A DNA stretch of 64,000 nt from assembly GCA_002104905.1 (NCBI GenBank), contig MCFE01000152.1:1-64000 (forward strand). The letters are read 5' to 3'. Below are positions 37,191 through 49,744 of the stretch, piece after piece. The notes under the pieces were generated by a model that had not been told where the DNA came from, did not search any database, and worked only from the letters and a program-made list of their open reading frames with translations. The first letter of the stretch is position 1, and the number at the start of each line of letters is the position of its first letter. The DNA is from Basidiobolus meristosporus CBS 931.73. Lineage: Eukaryota > Fungi > Basidiobolomycota. The position numbers and the translations under genes are program-made.

Positions 37191-37510
37191 GGTTATGAGC
37201 CCCAAGCTGTCACTCTCTGCAATGTCTACTACTGCTACTACTGGAATTTTTCCCTCTGCTGAAAAGTTGGACAGATCTAACTACCTAGTATGAAAGGTGA
37301 AGATGAAGATGCTGCTACAAGAAAGAGGCCTTTGGGACATTGTCATGGGAGAAGAATGCCCTCCTAAAAACATGGGAGAGGAAGCCTTGAAGTACCAGAA
37401 GAAAGAACAAAGTGCCTTTAACTGCATTTGCCTTAATGTTGAAGACAAATTGCTAATTCAATGCTGAAGAGCACAAGAGGCAAAAATGCCTGGAAGGCAT
37501 TAGAAGACTT
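37191..37510 (+). mobile_element. Second PBS and gag start directly after copy B's downstream LTR (tandem, shared LTR; truncated)
   Basis: GGTTATGAGCCC at 37191 follows the LTR end with no flank. About 320 bp is near-identical to 33080-33400 and shares its variants (GACAGATCTAACTACCTAG). Confidence 0.92.
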
Positions 37511-39258
37511 CCAGTATTCCAGAATCCATTGTCTTGCTAGAAACCCCACCTGGTGAGTCAACATGGAGGAGGTAATACCCAATTCCACATTCTTGTCAAC
37601 ACTTGGTTGATGAAATAGTCCAAAAGTTGGCTGACAATGGGATCATCACTCAAGCCCCTGTCAACACAACTTTCAACAGCCCTCTGGCGCTTGTACCCAA
37701 GAAGGATGCAAACAAAAATCTAACTCTGAAGAGACCCTGTTTGGACCATAGACCTCTGAACAAACTTCTTCAAGATGACATATTTCCAATTCTTAGAATG
37801 CAGGATATCTTTTCCTCACTATCAGGCGCAAGAGTATTCTCCAAATTGGACTTGAAGGATGCATATCACCAATTCCAGATCCATACTGATCATCAGCATA
37901 AGACTGCCTTTACTTGGAATATTATGCAATGGATGTTTCAGGGTGCCCCCTTTGGCCCAAAGACATTCACCAGCACGTTCCAGAGAGTTATGACTGTAAT
38001 ACTCAAGAATACACTATACACCATAGTATTTGTTGATGATGTTGTCATATTTTCCACAAACTGTGATGAGCATGCAACTCATGTCATTGATGTAATCTGT
38101 AGACTAACGGCCGCTGGACTGATTCTTAATACTGAAAAGTGCAGTTTTGCTCCCCTCAAAATTAATCTACTTGGATTCATAGTCACACCAGAAGGCCACC
38201 AACTTGACTCTTTTGAACTGGTCAATATTCCTGAGTGGCCAAAACCCACTAGCTCTAAGCAAATCCAACATTATCTAGAGTTTTCAACTATTTCAGGGAA
38301 CGCATTCCTCTCATGTCCTCTCTGAGTGCCCCTTTGGATGCATTATGCCATAGTCCTGATCTTCCCTCAGCTTGGAACAAGGCTCATGACCAAGCATTTG
38401 AGTCACTCTGCCAGTTACTGCCACAAGCACCCACCCTATCCTACCAAGACTTTACTAAGACTTTAGTTGTTGCTACAGATGTATCTAATGTTGGGTTAGG
38501 GGCTGTCCTTCATCAGGATGAAGACCAAAATCTGCCTCACTGGATCTCTTTTCAAGCCAGATCCCTACAACCTGCTGAGAAGAACTACTCTGCCACTAAC
38601 AAGGAGCTGCTTACCATAGTCTTTGCCTTGAAGAAGTTTCATCAGTACTTATAGGGTAACCCTTTTACTTTGTACACAGACCACTGAGCCCTTATCTATA
38701 TCTATACTCAACAGACTCTGACTTCAATGCTTACCAACTGGCTTGATACTCTACTTGACTATGAATATACAGTTATTCATTGCCCAGGAATCCTCAACCT
38801 CCTACCTGACCTCCTTTCAAGACTTTTCCCAACTTCACCTTGGGAGGTACATGTGATTACTGACAGAATCAGTAAGCTCACTACAACTTCCAAAATAATC
38901 CCTCAACTGGATTCAACAACTTGGAAAATCCCACATGCTAATGAAAGAAAAACATTGATACACACAAGTCATTTACTTGGCCATTTTGAAGCTGACACAC
39001 TTATGAGGAAGCTACACTCTGATGAATATCACCGGCCAAAAATCAAAGCTGACTGCCTAGAATTTGTCAAGTCTTGCCAAGAATGTCAGCTTTACAATAT
39101 CAGCAACCATGGATCTTACCCATTGAGTCCCATCCATGTAAGCCTTCTTATGGATCATATTGCAACTGATCCAGCTGAACCTTTCACCACAAGTGATGAT
39201 GATAATCACTACCTCTTTATAATTGTAGATGTCTGCACTTGTTTTGTTGTCCTTAAAG
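37510..39258 (+). mobile_element. Ty3/Gypsy pol remnant (RT, RNase H, integrase N-terminus), no LTRs
   Basis: FSKLDLKDAYHQ, APFGPKTFTSTFQRVM, VFVDDVVIFS; RNase H VATDVSNVGLGAVL, NYSATNKELLTIV; integrase HLLGHF..CQEC and FIIVDVCT. The RT-RH-IN order is that of Gypsy. Confidence 0.92.
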
Positions 39259-39261
39259 ATA

Positions 39262-39631
39262 CATTTTTTGGCCTTTTTTTTTGGATCAGCATGCTCAGGA
39301 CAAGTAAGAGCAAAGAAGGACTGAAGACATGCATCTGATACTTAATACCCATGGCACACTGAATCTAGCTCCTGTGCCTTGTATCATGTTGCAAAAATGC
39401 ATGGCACTATTAGTGCTTTATATAGGCTTTACTCTAGGGCTAATATTTAAATATAGTGCCTGATAGTATCAGTGGACCAAGATAGTGCCATGCATTTTTG
39501 TGACATGATACAAGCCACAGGAGCTAGATTCAGAGTGCCATGGGTATTGAGTACCTGATGCATGTCTTCAATTTTTTTGTGCTCTTACACATCCTGCACA
39601 ACAGTGGTCCAAAAAAAAAGGTCAAAGAATG
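39262..39631. mobile_element. Foldback/MITE-like element with about 150-bp inverted arms and a 71-bp spacer
   Basis: 39262-39410 is the reverse complement of 39482-39631 at roughly 85%, for example AATACCCATGGCAC.CTGAATCTAGCTCCTGTG.CTTGTATCATGT..CAAAAATGCATGGCACTAT. It marks the end of the Gypsy integrase remnant. Confidence 0.88.
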
Positions 39632-40999
39632 AATTTTCTCCAGCACATAGGGTGCAACACAGGGCTGCTTTGCATGAAGATGCAGAGCTATCTTTCACAC
39701 TCTGTGGCCAAGTATAGGCCCACTTGGCCTCTTTGGCACACTATGGCATCATTTGGCACTTATGGCTCAATGTGGCACTATCCAACAGTGTGGTGGTGTA
39801 TAGGTCCAAGGAGGAGATACATCCAACACTTCCCAAGTGTTTTGTGTGTGGGGTGTTCAATGGGAGCAATAACCTCTGGCAAAAGCTTGCTAGGAATACT
39901 TGGGTTCTGTCTCTAATCTGATGTGATGGGGAATAAAGTCACAAGCTAGTCAAGGGAAACTATTGAGCTACAATCCCCAACTTAGTTGGCACCTTAACAA
40001 AAGTAGGTGCTGGGTTCAGCATCCTTTGAGATGACAATGTACTAAAGCTTCCAAAGTCAAAACAACTGTGAGCTCCACCAGCAGGGACTTGATAAGAATG
40101 CAGCTGTGGTCAATAGTTACAAAGACAGAGAAGTATCTTTGCCTGTACAAGAACAAACTTGGGAAAGAATCAAATATAATAAAAGATACCTACTCTGAGT
40201 ATTCCTGACAAGTAGTGCCTCCAAGGTCAGTTGGCTGTCAGTGTGGTTTCCTGGGAGTGTCCTGTGGTCTGGGGTTGGAAGTTCAGGTAGCAGCAGGTAG
40301 CAGTGATCACACCAATCAACAAGTCAGTATATTGATGAAAGGGATGATGATTTATTGTTGAGGGATTGCCTCCCTTATATACTTTTCTCACAGGCTAAGC
40401 AATTACTAATTGTGGTGTTCCAGAAGGTTCTGGATATCAATAGAAATCTTAATGACATCAGAATGACCTATGTATGTTCTAAGTAGGTGCCAGAAGGTTC
40501 TAAAAGGCACAGCACATCCAACCAATCAGGAATTGGTACTCTGAAACCTATATAACATAGGAATACCATTTATGGTATGGAAATGGCAGGGATGGTGATA
40601 CAGGTTGATTATTTGTCACAGGTACTTGCAAAATATGGAAGCACTTTAAGCTAGTAATCTTACATAAAGTGAGGGATAACTTATGCCATAACGTAAGCAG
40701 GTGTGATAGTCAACGGGCTTATAGGAAAGTACTGATAAGGTAAGACAAATGGGATAAAACTAAAATAAGTGTAGTAGAGAAATAGGGAAGTAGAAAACAT
40801 AGGAATGAGCACATCTATTAGTGGGTGTCACTGTGACCCCACCACAATGAAACAAGTCTAAAGAAAGTAAGAAGCTACCCTGAGCAATTTATGTAAAATA
40901 GAGTAAACTACCAGTATCTGAAACCTACCGCTGGCATCACAGTAGAAATTACAGTGCCAGATAGTGCCACAGAGATCCAGATTAATTCATCACTGCAAA

Positions 41000-41860
41000 C
41001 TGGGAGGCATTTGTAGAACTGTCTAATGCAAAAAGTATATTATCTTCTTAGCATATTAGTACTAGCCCAGAATATATTTGCTTATCTGAAGCTAGGATAA
41101 TACTTATGGTACAGGTGAATCACATGCTGCTTGTACTGGGTTCTTGAAAGTCCTAGAGTATTTGCTAATTAGAGAGAACCTAGGCTTTTCTATGATGCTA
41201 TCCTGTCTATGAGTTAGGTAGCCTTTTTTCAGTTTACCTTGACTATAGTTGCTGCTAAGCCTTTTACTGCTACTCTAACTGAGTGCCTCTTGCATCATTC
41301 TACATGTTTCCTTGATGAATGCTACACTGGTGCACTCATTTTGGCCTGCCTAACCCCTACTAGTACTCTACTGGATACCTGATATTGCTGTGGTGCTAAT
41401 TCTAAGCTTTCAGCTCTGCTTGTTGCAGCCTCATGGGGAAGCCGCATACTTTTATTCCTGCCAGGTCCTTCACCGTTACTTTGACTGAGTGCTTCATGAA
41501 TTGAACTACAATTTTGATTTATAAATGCATGACTATTGCATCAGCTTCTGCCTACTTATCTCTTACCAGCACTCTTCTAGCTACCTGATACTTCTTTGAT
41601 GCTTGTTTAGGGCTTTCAAACCTGATTGCAACAGGCTTTTGAGGAAGACACTGAGCTTTAGCTTTGGCACTCTTGCTCCTCTGCCTTTGACAGCTTCTGC
41701 TATTCTTGAGATACTTTTTTAGCATAACAAAGCAGGGCCAATGTATTGCTTCTTCTTTAAGTCCAAGATGGTTATCAAGGAGCAGAGCAAGCACATTCTG
41801 CATAGTCTTGAGCTCTGGAGAGTCACTGAATATGTGAATCTTAAGGCAACAGGCTATACT
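41000..41860 (-). pseudogene. CACTA-family ORF2 internal fragment (copy S)
   Basis: QNVLALLLDNHLGLK..MLKKYLKNSRSCQRQ matches 61140-61290 (QNVLDLFHEHYLGFK..MLRRYFKNSRNYQRQ). It carries the KHSVKV.VKDLA repeat twice. Confidence 0.75.
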
Positions 41861-41878
41861 TACCCCCCTACAATCAGA

Positions 41879-41906
41879 GGGGGGTTGTGGGTGGGGGGAG
41901 GGGGGG
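41879..41906 (+). other. G-quadruplex-capable motif between TE fragments
   Basis: G6-TTGT-G3-T-G6-A-G7, with a C-rich tract about 150 bp downstream (42048-42070). Confidence 0.5.
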
Positions 41907-42169
41907 CAATGGCAAGCTTTGCCAGCTAGGACTCCTTAGTCTATGTGGTTAGGACATAGGATCTTCATTCCTGGGAAGCCTGTTCAAGTCTGGCAGGAGT
42001 CATTTGTGCCACCGTTTACCCCTGTTATTGGGCATGCGCAAAGGGGGCCCCCAAACTCCCCTGCCCCCCCTTCTTTTTGGGTTTGTAGCTTAAAGTAAAG
42101 TCCTGGTTTGTCAATTTGTGTGCCTATCAATGTTTTTAAGCTGCACTCTTGACATTTTGACAGTCCTAT

Positions 42170-45100
42170 GATTTTAGGACATTGTTGCTCTGTCTACCAG
42201 TGGGATCTCCTCTCTTTCTACAATGGAGGACATGGTGGCCCTAACAGAAGAATTGCATTTCTCTGCAAATTCATACACCTCACTGAAGTGTAGCCCACCT
42301 GGCTGCACTTCCAACTCTTGAGAAATCCAATTTGCACTTCTATCACCTCAGCTTTATGGCTTTTGAGTGTGATACTTGCAAAGTTGCTATATACCTTGTA
42401 TTGATGTTTGCATATACATCTTGCAAACATATGCTGGGTTACCACCACTTTTGCCATAATTACCCCCTGATCCTCAACAAAGAACTGATTTAGCCAGTAT
42501 ATTCCTTCTCCCTGCTGGATTTTAGTACCCCATATAGGTGCCCTCTGGCACCTGATTGTGTGAATTCTGCATAGTATGGTTTTGAAGCAGTCAGGTGACC
42601 AAGAGAAGCCTGGCATACCTTGGTAAAGTTGTACTATCAACCATCAGTTGCTTGTTGCACCCAACTCAATTTTGCATAACTTACCTGATAACCTACACAT
42701 TTGAGCTGCTTAGCTTCATAATGCAAAGGCATAGGTGTCTCCATGCGCACATCTGTCCCCAGTATTTTCTAACTTTTCCAGGCTGTCCTTCATGTGCTAA
42801 ATCATCTCATCCATAAAGGACCTAAAGGAAATATTTTGGATGAGATTGGAATCCAGTAGTACCTGCAATTTGACATGTTCTCCCAATTCCCACACATCCA
42901 CTCTAGAGGAAGTTCCTAATTGATGAAGCAAGGCCCAAAATTCTCCATACACTATGCAAGATGGAGTGTATAATAGGCATAGTAGTAGCAGAGATCTCAG
43001 TGCTCAGCTATGTGCTTGTAGTAAAGTTGCTCAAATAAGTCACAAACTCCTTGCATAACAGCTGCTTCTAGATAAATATCCCTACAATGTCAACATAAGA
43101 CCCCCAATGCTTCCAATGTACTCTTGATAGAAATGGGTTCAGTGGGCCACTTGTATAGAAATATACCCAGCTCATCCAGTCCCTGAATTTGTATTATCAA
43201 GTATGCAATTGAATATTGATTGGAGTGTGTGAGAAGTATTTTGGGTATTGGATATTCTGCAATACTGTGCCAATTCTTTCAATTTTCTCCGGTATCTTGA
43301 AGGGCTAATTTTGCTTGAGATGCCCCATGTACAACCTGGCCACTAATATAAGAATATTGCGGAGAAGCAATGAATTGCTCCTAGCAGAATGCTTTTGCCC
43401 TGAAGGATACTCCCTATTTTAAGAATACTAAGTTTGCAGATAATTCCATATTCCAGCAAATGGCTTCCAGCTTGCAAACTTTGCTGTAAATGCATGCAGA
43501 CCTCTGTTCCTTCTCTCTATAGTAAGAAGATGTTCTTAGTGCTGGTGTATGGATAATAATATTATGAGTGAATTAGGGAGTAAGTCCCCTGAGTCTCACA
43601 GATTAGAAAGCAATATTGTTTGTAGTGCCCAGAAAAGCCAGCTGTCTTACTGATGGCCACAGTATCTTTCTTGCAATTATTAAAATGCCTATGATATGGA
43701 GGCCATTTAGTTGTGTCCAGCTGGAAAGCATACAAAAAGCATCCAGCAATGAGTACAGGTAGTCATCCAGGCTGGACAGTAATTAAGGCCCAGAAACCAG
43801 TGATAATACCATTATATATCTGCCCTGATATGGTAAGATTGGAGGCAAATTCAAGTTGCAGATAATCATAGGCCAGCAGGATATGCTGGTAGAGTACTTA
43901 TTCAATTAGAATCCATCAAGTGCCAAGGCAAAGGCTTGGACATACATACCTTCAAAGTAGCCCTTGCTTCTTGGCTGTTTGAAAGTTTGAGCCTATTGAT
44001 ACTGAGTGCAGTACTATATAGCATTACAAAGCTTGATGGACTGCAGGAGTTACTTTAGATAGGTTATTAATGGAATATATCCAGAGTGTGAGCAATGTTT
44101 TCCTACTATGGTGGTGAATTCCTGAGAAGCTGCACACCTTCTAATGGTAGTATTTTCTGATGTGAATGCCATGCAACTGCAAACATATGCTGGTATCAAT
44201 ATGGTCTCTGGGTCATAATTTATCAGCTCCATCATGGTTGTCCATTTTTACCATGTACATAGTAAGTTGCATCTCAGAATGCTTTTGGTAAGATGTAGAA
44301 GTAAGTCCTTGAAGCCCCCATTACTGGGGTTTGTGGAAACATCACACTTCTCTAACCACAACATCACATTGTTTACCAATAGATAGACAACTGGGCTCAC
44401 TTGCCTCCATAAGGTATCCTTGGAGTTTTTGTCTACATGTGTTATCTCATTGTGTACTGGGTATTTGCCAGGCTCATGCAGGGAGCTGTTGATAGGGGAG
44501 ATAGGCTCACAATCCATCAATAAGCCTTCTTCCACAGAAATTTAACACTGCATGCCATATTCAGAAGGTTGAAGTGAGCTTAAAGGTGTCACATACTCAC
44601 CTGACTCAGTTTGCACAAGGTGGAAGTACAGCTAAGTCCCAGCAAAGATGTATCAAGTGGCTGACTAGATATTGTTGATGCGGTGGTGACTGATGGTTGG
44701 TTAAATATGACTTGAGTGGTAAAACACTGACTGTCATCCTTGTAACACTTCCTATTCTGTCAGCATACTTCATAGCTGAGAGGCTTGCTACAACAGCCTC
44801 ATAGTCATTTTTCTCTTCTCTTATGGCATTGAATCAAAGAAGTCTTGTTAGTACAGTTAACAGCTGGACACTCAGCAACAGAATGCCATTATATTACTTT
44901 TTTGTCAGTGCTCAGGTGAATTTAAGACAGTCTTGTAGTTGAGACATTAAAAATTCATGCATGTAAGAATCAATGATGATTTGTCATAGTGGGCACTCTA
45001 AGTAAAACTGTGGCACAGTATATGCATGTAAATCTAACACTATTCCCCCTTTGGCTTGACTTGCATCCATATATATGCTGCCAAAAAATGTTGCAAAGTT

Positions 45101-47520
45101 GTCTGGGTTCCCAACAAAACTCACAGTTAACAGCAGCAGGAGAACATTGGGAGAGCAGCTTACTTTCATAAGCAGTGCAACTAGTATGGTTACATCCATA
45201 AATGACCTTTTTGATAATATGCCCGTTGAAGGTAATAAAGTGGACTCATTAGTCCCTCTATCAAGTAGGCAATTGAGCATTTATGCAGAGCTGCAAGCTG
45301 ACAGCAATGCTCAGCTAGGTGAGAATGTAGCAAACACAGTACCTCTGGTTAATAACCAACAAGTGACTGTCACAACATCACCACCACCTGTATTAGCCAC
45401 AAAGCTGTCAGCATGTACTAAAGTTTTAATGAGACAACTAGGTGAAGTGGCTGATAGGATAGATGCAACAACCCAGAAATATCAGGACAGATGAGAAACA
45501 GGATGAGCAGAAAACATGTGCAGAGTAATCAATAACACAGGTAGAAAATGCAGTATTATTGCTACAAAGTAGTAACTTAAGTAGCTCAGTGTTACAGACA
45601 GTAATTAAGCCATTTGCCAATGTAACAGCATAAACACACAATACAGTCTTGGAAGCCTAACAGTAGTGCCCACATATAAGACCTGTAGAAAAGGCTATTA
45701 CAGAATGGGAGGGAAAGACTTTGGTATCAACAACCAAAGCCTAAAAAATAAATGATACTGAAGATCTGTGAAGTCATTAGCTCTGCACAGTCTTTGAAGC
45801 ACAACAACAGTGCGCAAAGATAAAGCCCACAGAAAAACCTATCACAGCATGGGAAGGTGAGAATATAGTGTGTATAACAAAGCCTAAAAATCAAATGACA
45901 TTGAGGATCTGTGAAGTGGTTGAATGCAATGATGAAGGGTGGGCTGATGTTCAATACCATACCATGGGTCCATCAAGAACTCAAGGCCAAGTAGAATGCA
46001 CATAACTTGTTTTATGAGAGTTAGCCTGGATATAAAGAAGCAACTGAATTTTTAGTCAGCTCTAGTAATCAAAGAAATATCTCAAGAATAACAGAAACTT
46101 TCAAAGGCAAAAGAACAAGGGTGCCATGGCTAAAAACCTATGGCTTCCTCAAGAGGCTGCTACAAGCAGGGCCAAAATCTCTGAGCAATCAGGAAAGAAA
46201 TGTCAGGTAGTTGGAAGAGGGCCAATAATGAGCTAGCTGGCAAGCACAGATGCATCAGCACAACATTTATCAAGGAAAGATCATTGATCCATTCAAGAAG
46301 TGCTTGGTCAGGGTAGTAGTGAAGGATCTGGCAGTGATAAAAAGTAGCTTTTTTCTCAGGAGCTTGTTGCAATTAGGGCTGAAAGCTCAAAACAAGCAGC
46401 AGAGAAAAGCCATATTGCCAGTAGAGCACCAGTCAGAGGCATGTAGGCCAAATCAGATGCATCAGGGCTGCATTTATCAAGGAGAAAAAGGAGCTTAACA
46501 CAAGAAGCACTCAAAAAATGTAGCAGTGAGAGACCTAATACTGACAAAGGAAATGGTAAAGGATAGAAGTCTACCCGTTCCAGACACATAGAAGTGTAAG
46601 AAAAACTTATAGGTCTTGCCAATCAATGCCATAAGCCAGCAACAGGATGAATCCCATCATAGCCAAAGATAATTGCCAACAACACAAAGGCATTTTGTTA
46701 AGAGTTGCAATCACAACCAGCTGAGCTACACTCTAGTGAGGTAGATGAGTTTGCAGAAAAAGGCAATTAGTATACCACTGCTGCAATACTGCTCAGTGTA
46801 AACAAAGTGGAGATTCTACTCATCAACAAAACAACAAAACAACAGCACTTAGAACTCAAATGACTGTCACAATGCCTACAGTAGAATTTGGAACAATAGA
46901 AGGCACACAAAGAGGTTGCAACACTTCTTCAGGAGCAGTGTTGAAGAAAATGACTTAAAGAATGCAGTATTTATTGCCAAAACTGACAGATGAGGTGCTA
47001 GACCTTGCGGTGCTAGCTGAAGATCAGGATGTATGGGAACCAGTGAGCAAACAGAAGCATAGAGCTGTAGGGCTCCTGCAAAAGTCACAAAAATGGTGTT
47101 GCAGCAGAAATACTTATTGAACGGTGGACTTTGATGGAGTTACATGTCAAGTAAGAGGTTGGGCTTAATGTTTATATTGGGTATTGGGATTTGTGTAGGT
47201 CAAAAAAATTGACAATTGAGGTAAACCAAAGTTTCAAATGAAATAAGTCAATTCATATGTACAAAAAGTAACATAATTGGCTAGGTTGGGAAGTAAGGAG
47301 TATGGGAAAGAGGCAATAGCAAGTCAATGATCACAAATGCAGAGGTGATTGAGTGACCAGAATCAGGGAGTGAGAGAATCAGCTCAGAACAAATCAAAAG
47401 CTGCTTGTGTATTTTGTGATGAAATACTTTGACTAATTTTTACAAATCTGGGGAACAATTATTTTCAATTGTCTTTGCATAGTATTCTGACAGGATCAAT
47501 ACCTCTTTGTCCTTGTACTT
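42170..47520. mobile_element. CACTA/EnSpm (Tnp2-type) element copy Y: degenerate transposase (minus, about 44915-42320) head-to-head with ORF2 (plus, about 45050-47520)
   Basis: Transposase motifs are colinear with copies W and Z (YDPETILIPAYVCSCMAF, Tnp2 DGF..CWP..NL..P region, DUF4218-like GPCF..WE region). ORF2 has LSACTKVLMRQLGEVADRIDA, KKYLKNNRNFQR and LTDEVLDLAVLAEDQDVWEPV. Many stops and frameshifts; no termini found. Confidence 0.85.
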
Positions 47521-47562
47521 CAATGAACTTGTCGCACATAGGGCCTTAACTTTAAATCAGTG

Positions 47563-49140
47563 CCTCCTGTATTGTGTTAAAACCAACTCCTCTATAAATG
47601 CAGCACTGGTGCATCTATTCCTGCCTGCCTGTCACTTTCTAGCACTCTTCTAGCTACCCAATGCTTCTTTTCCACTTGTTTAGAGTGTTCAGCTTTACCT
47701 GTGCTGGGTTCTTGAGGAAGCTACTGCTATTTACCCTGGCATCTTGATTTCCCTTTAGCCTTTCTTAGTTTCTGCTGCTCTTGAGTTACTTTCTTAGCTT
47801 CTCAATGTTAGTCCATAATTCACTTGCTTGCTTGAATCAGGGATAATGCACATGGGGCAGATCAAGGGCATTCTGCTTGGTCTTGAGTTCTCAACAGTCA
47901 TCTGTAATTCTGGCCTTAAGGTGATGGTATACCAAACATCTCATTGCCTTATGAGTATCAGCCCACTCTTCATTTTAGCCCTTAATGGCCACAATGAATA
48001 TCAACATCTTTAATTTTTGTGCTTTGGTGTCAAAATCACAGTCTCTCCATCTCATGCTATTATTCACAGTTTGATAGGCCTTATCTCTGCGCACTGTTGT
48101 TGTACTTTTAAGTCTTTACAGTGACCATCAGCTCTTATGCTGGGAAATGACTCAATTTTGGTCTATGACATTTTGATACTTGGATTCCTGCCTTGCAGCA
48201 ATTTTACAGTATTTGCTACTTGGGATATTGATTATTCTAAACATATTCTGCTTATTCTATCTGTGTACTACAGCCTGATTTCTGTGGCCTATTGCATATA
48301 TTCTAGTGGCCACTGCACCCAACTGCCACATTAAAGCTTTAGTATGACCTGACAACATATTAAGCACTGCTGAGGATGATATATGATGGTCAATTGCTGG
48401 TCACCACCATAGTTAATATATTTGTTATGTTCTCATCTGCCTGTGCACTATGACCGGCTTATAGCTTCTCAGAGATTCTTAATTACATATTTGATGTCTG
48501 CATCACTACCTCTGGTGGGTAGATTGTCAACATACATTTTTTTGCATGTAACCCTACTGGTAACATTGAATGCTCAAGCAAGCTGTAGTCCCACTGTTCC
48601 TCTACAGCTGTATGATATAGACTAAATTGACAACAGGACAACTTTACTGTATTTTCTGGCAGCTTATATTAATAAGTAAGTCATGCCAAAGTGGAAATGG
48701 TGTCAAAAGTACATGGGTATGTAGTGTCAACTTCTTGTTCCTGCTGTGTTCTGAGGTGTGTTATCATTGAGTTACACACTGATGTAGCAACAATATTGCA
48801 AATACAAGACTGGCTCACACTCAAATCAATGTTAGTAAATAGATGATATAACAGGGCCATTGAGTGTCAAGCTGTTTGCCCATGAACAATAATACTGAAA
48901 TATGATGTCATTAGAGAAGAGAAAAAAAGGCCATGCAGCTATTGTAACAAGCCTTGCAGCCATGAAGTATGTAAACAGCAGAGGAAGTACTATAACAACC
49001 ATGGCCACAACTCATTCATACAAGTCAAACTTTTCCATTCATCAGTACAACTGCATCAAAAATATGTTGCAGCCACTTAATATTTTGATTACAGCACCTA
49101 GCTGCACTTGTCACCTTGGGCAAATCAAGTCTGGTTAGTG
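47563..49140. mobile_element. CACTA family copy V (inverted relative to Y): ORF2 5' part (minus) and transposase N-terminus (plus)
   Basis: Minus strand YHHLKARIT..ELKTKQNALDL..KLRK.LKSSRN; plus strand KRREKKRPCSYCNKPCSHEVCKQQRKYYNNHG, matching the transposase N-terminus of copies W and Z. Confidence 0.78.
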
Positions 49141-49228
49141 TGTGATATCATGCACTGGCTACTACATAAGCTGTTTTTCAGCCAGTACAGCAAGGTCAGG
49201 CACATTATCTGTCAGTCCTTGCAATTAT

Positions 49229-49593
49229 TATGATCTGCAGCTTTATTCATTAAGTTAGATCAGCTTTTTGTCACATCATGTAGTTTTATGCTTAGCCTAA
49301 CGGTATAAAATATTATCTATCTAATCAATAGTATTAATTGGCATATGAATCAGCAGATCCTTATCAGACAGAAATATATATGTTAAGTAAGATCTAGTTG
49401 GGTGAGGTTGATGCAATCAAATTAGTCAGAAGCCACAACTTACATCAGGAAGTACAATTAGACAGCAATTGAACTAACTGAATTTATATTAAGAGCTGCT
49501 AGAATCTCAATAAAATACAGTTCAAGCTTTAGTGAATTGAATACTAGCTAAACTCCCTATTCCTCTGCAACTCTTTTATCATGACTGATAACA
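49229..49593 (+). repeat. Isolated LTR of the adjacent Gypsy family, inverted relative to 49745-50107
   Basis: About 365 bp colinear with the reverse complement of 49745-50107 (AATCAATAGTA..CAGCAGAT..ATGCAATCAAAT.AGTCA..CTCAATAAAA..CAGTTCAAGCT..TCTCTGCAACTCTT..TAACA). No TSD found. Confidence 0.8.
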
Positions 49594-49744
49594 TATCACT
49601 TAATAGGACTCTAATACTAACAAATATCTGGCACCAAACATGCATGGCTCATACAACCTCCCTAGGACCCAACAAGACTTTCTATAAGATTACAGTCATT
49701 ATTACCTCATTGAAAAGAGACTACCAATGTTAGCAAGATTATAA

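Noticed and set aside
40206-40846. Putative minus-strand LTR (TGTGG..TGTCA, with TATATAAG and AATAAA)
   Set aside because: No second copy in the window, no TSD and no convincing PBS or PPT.
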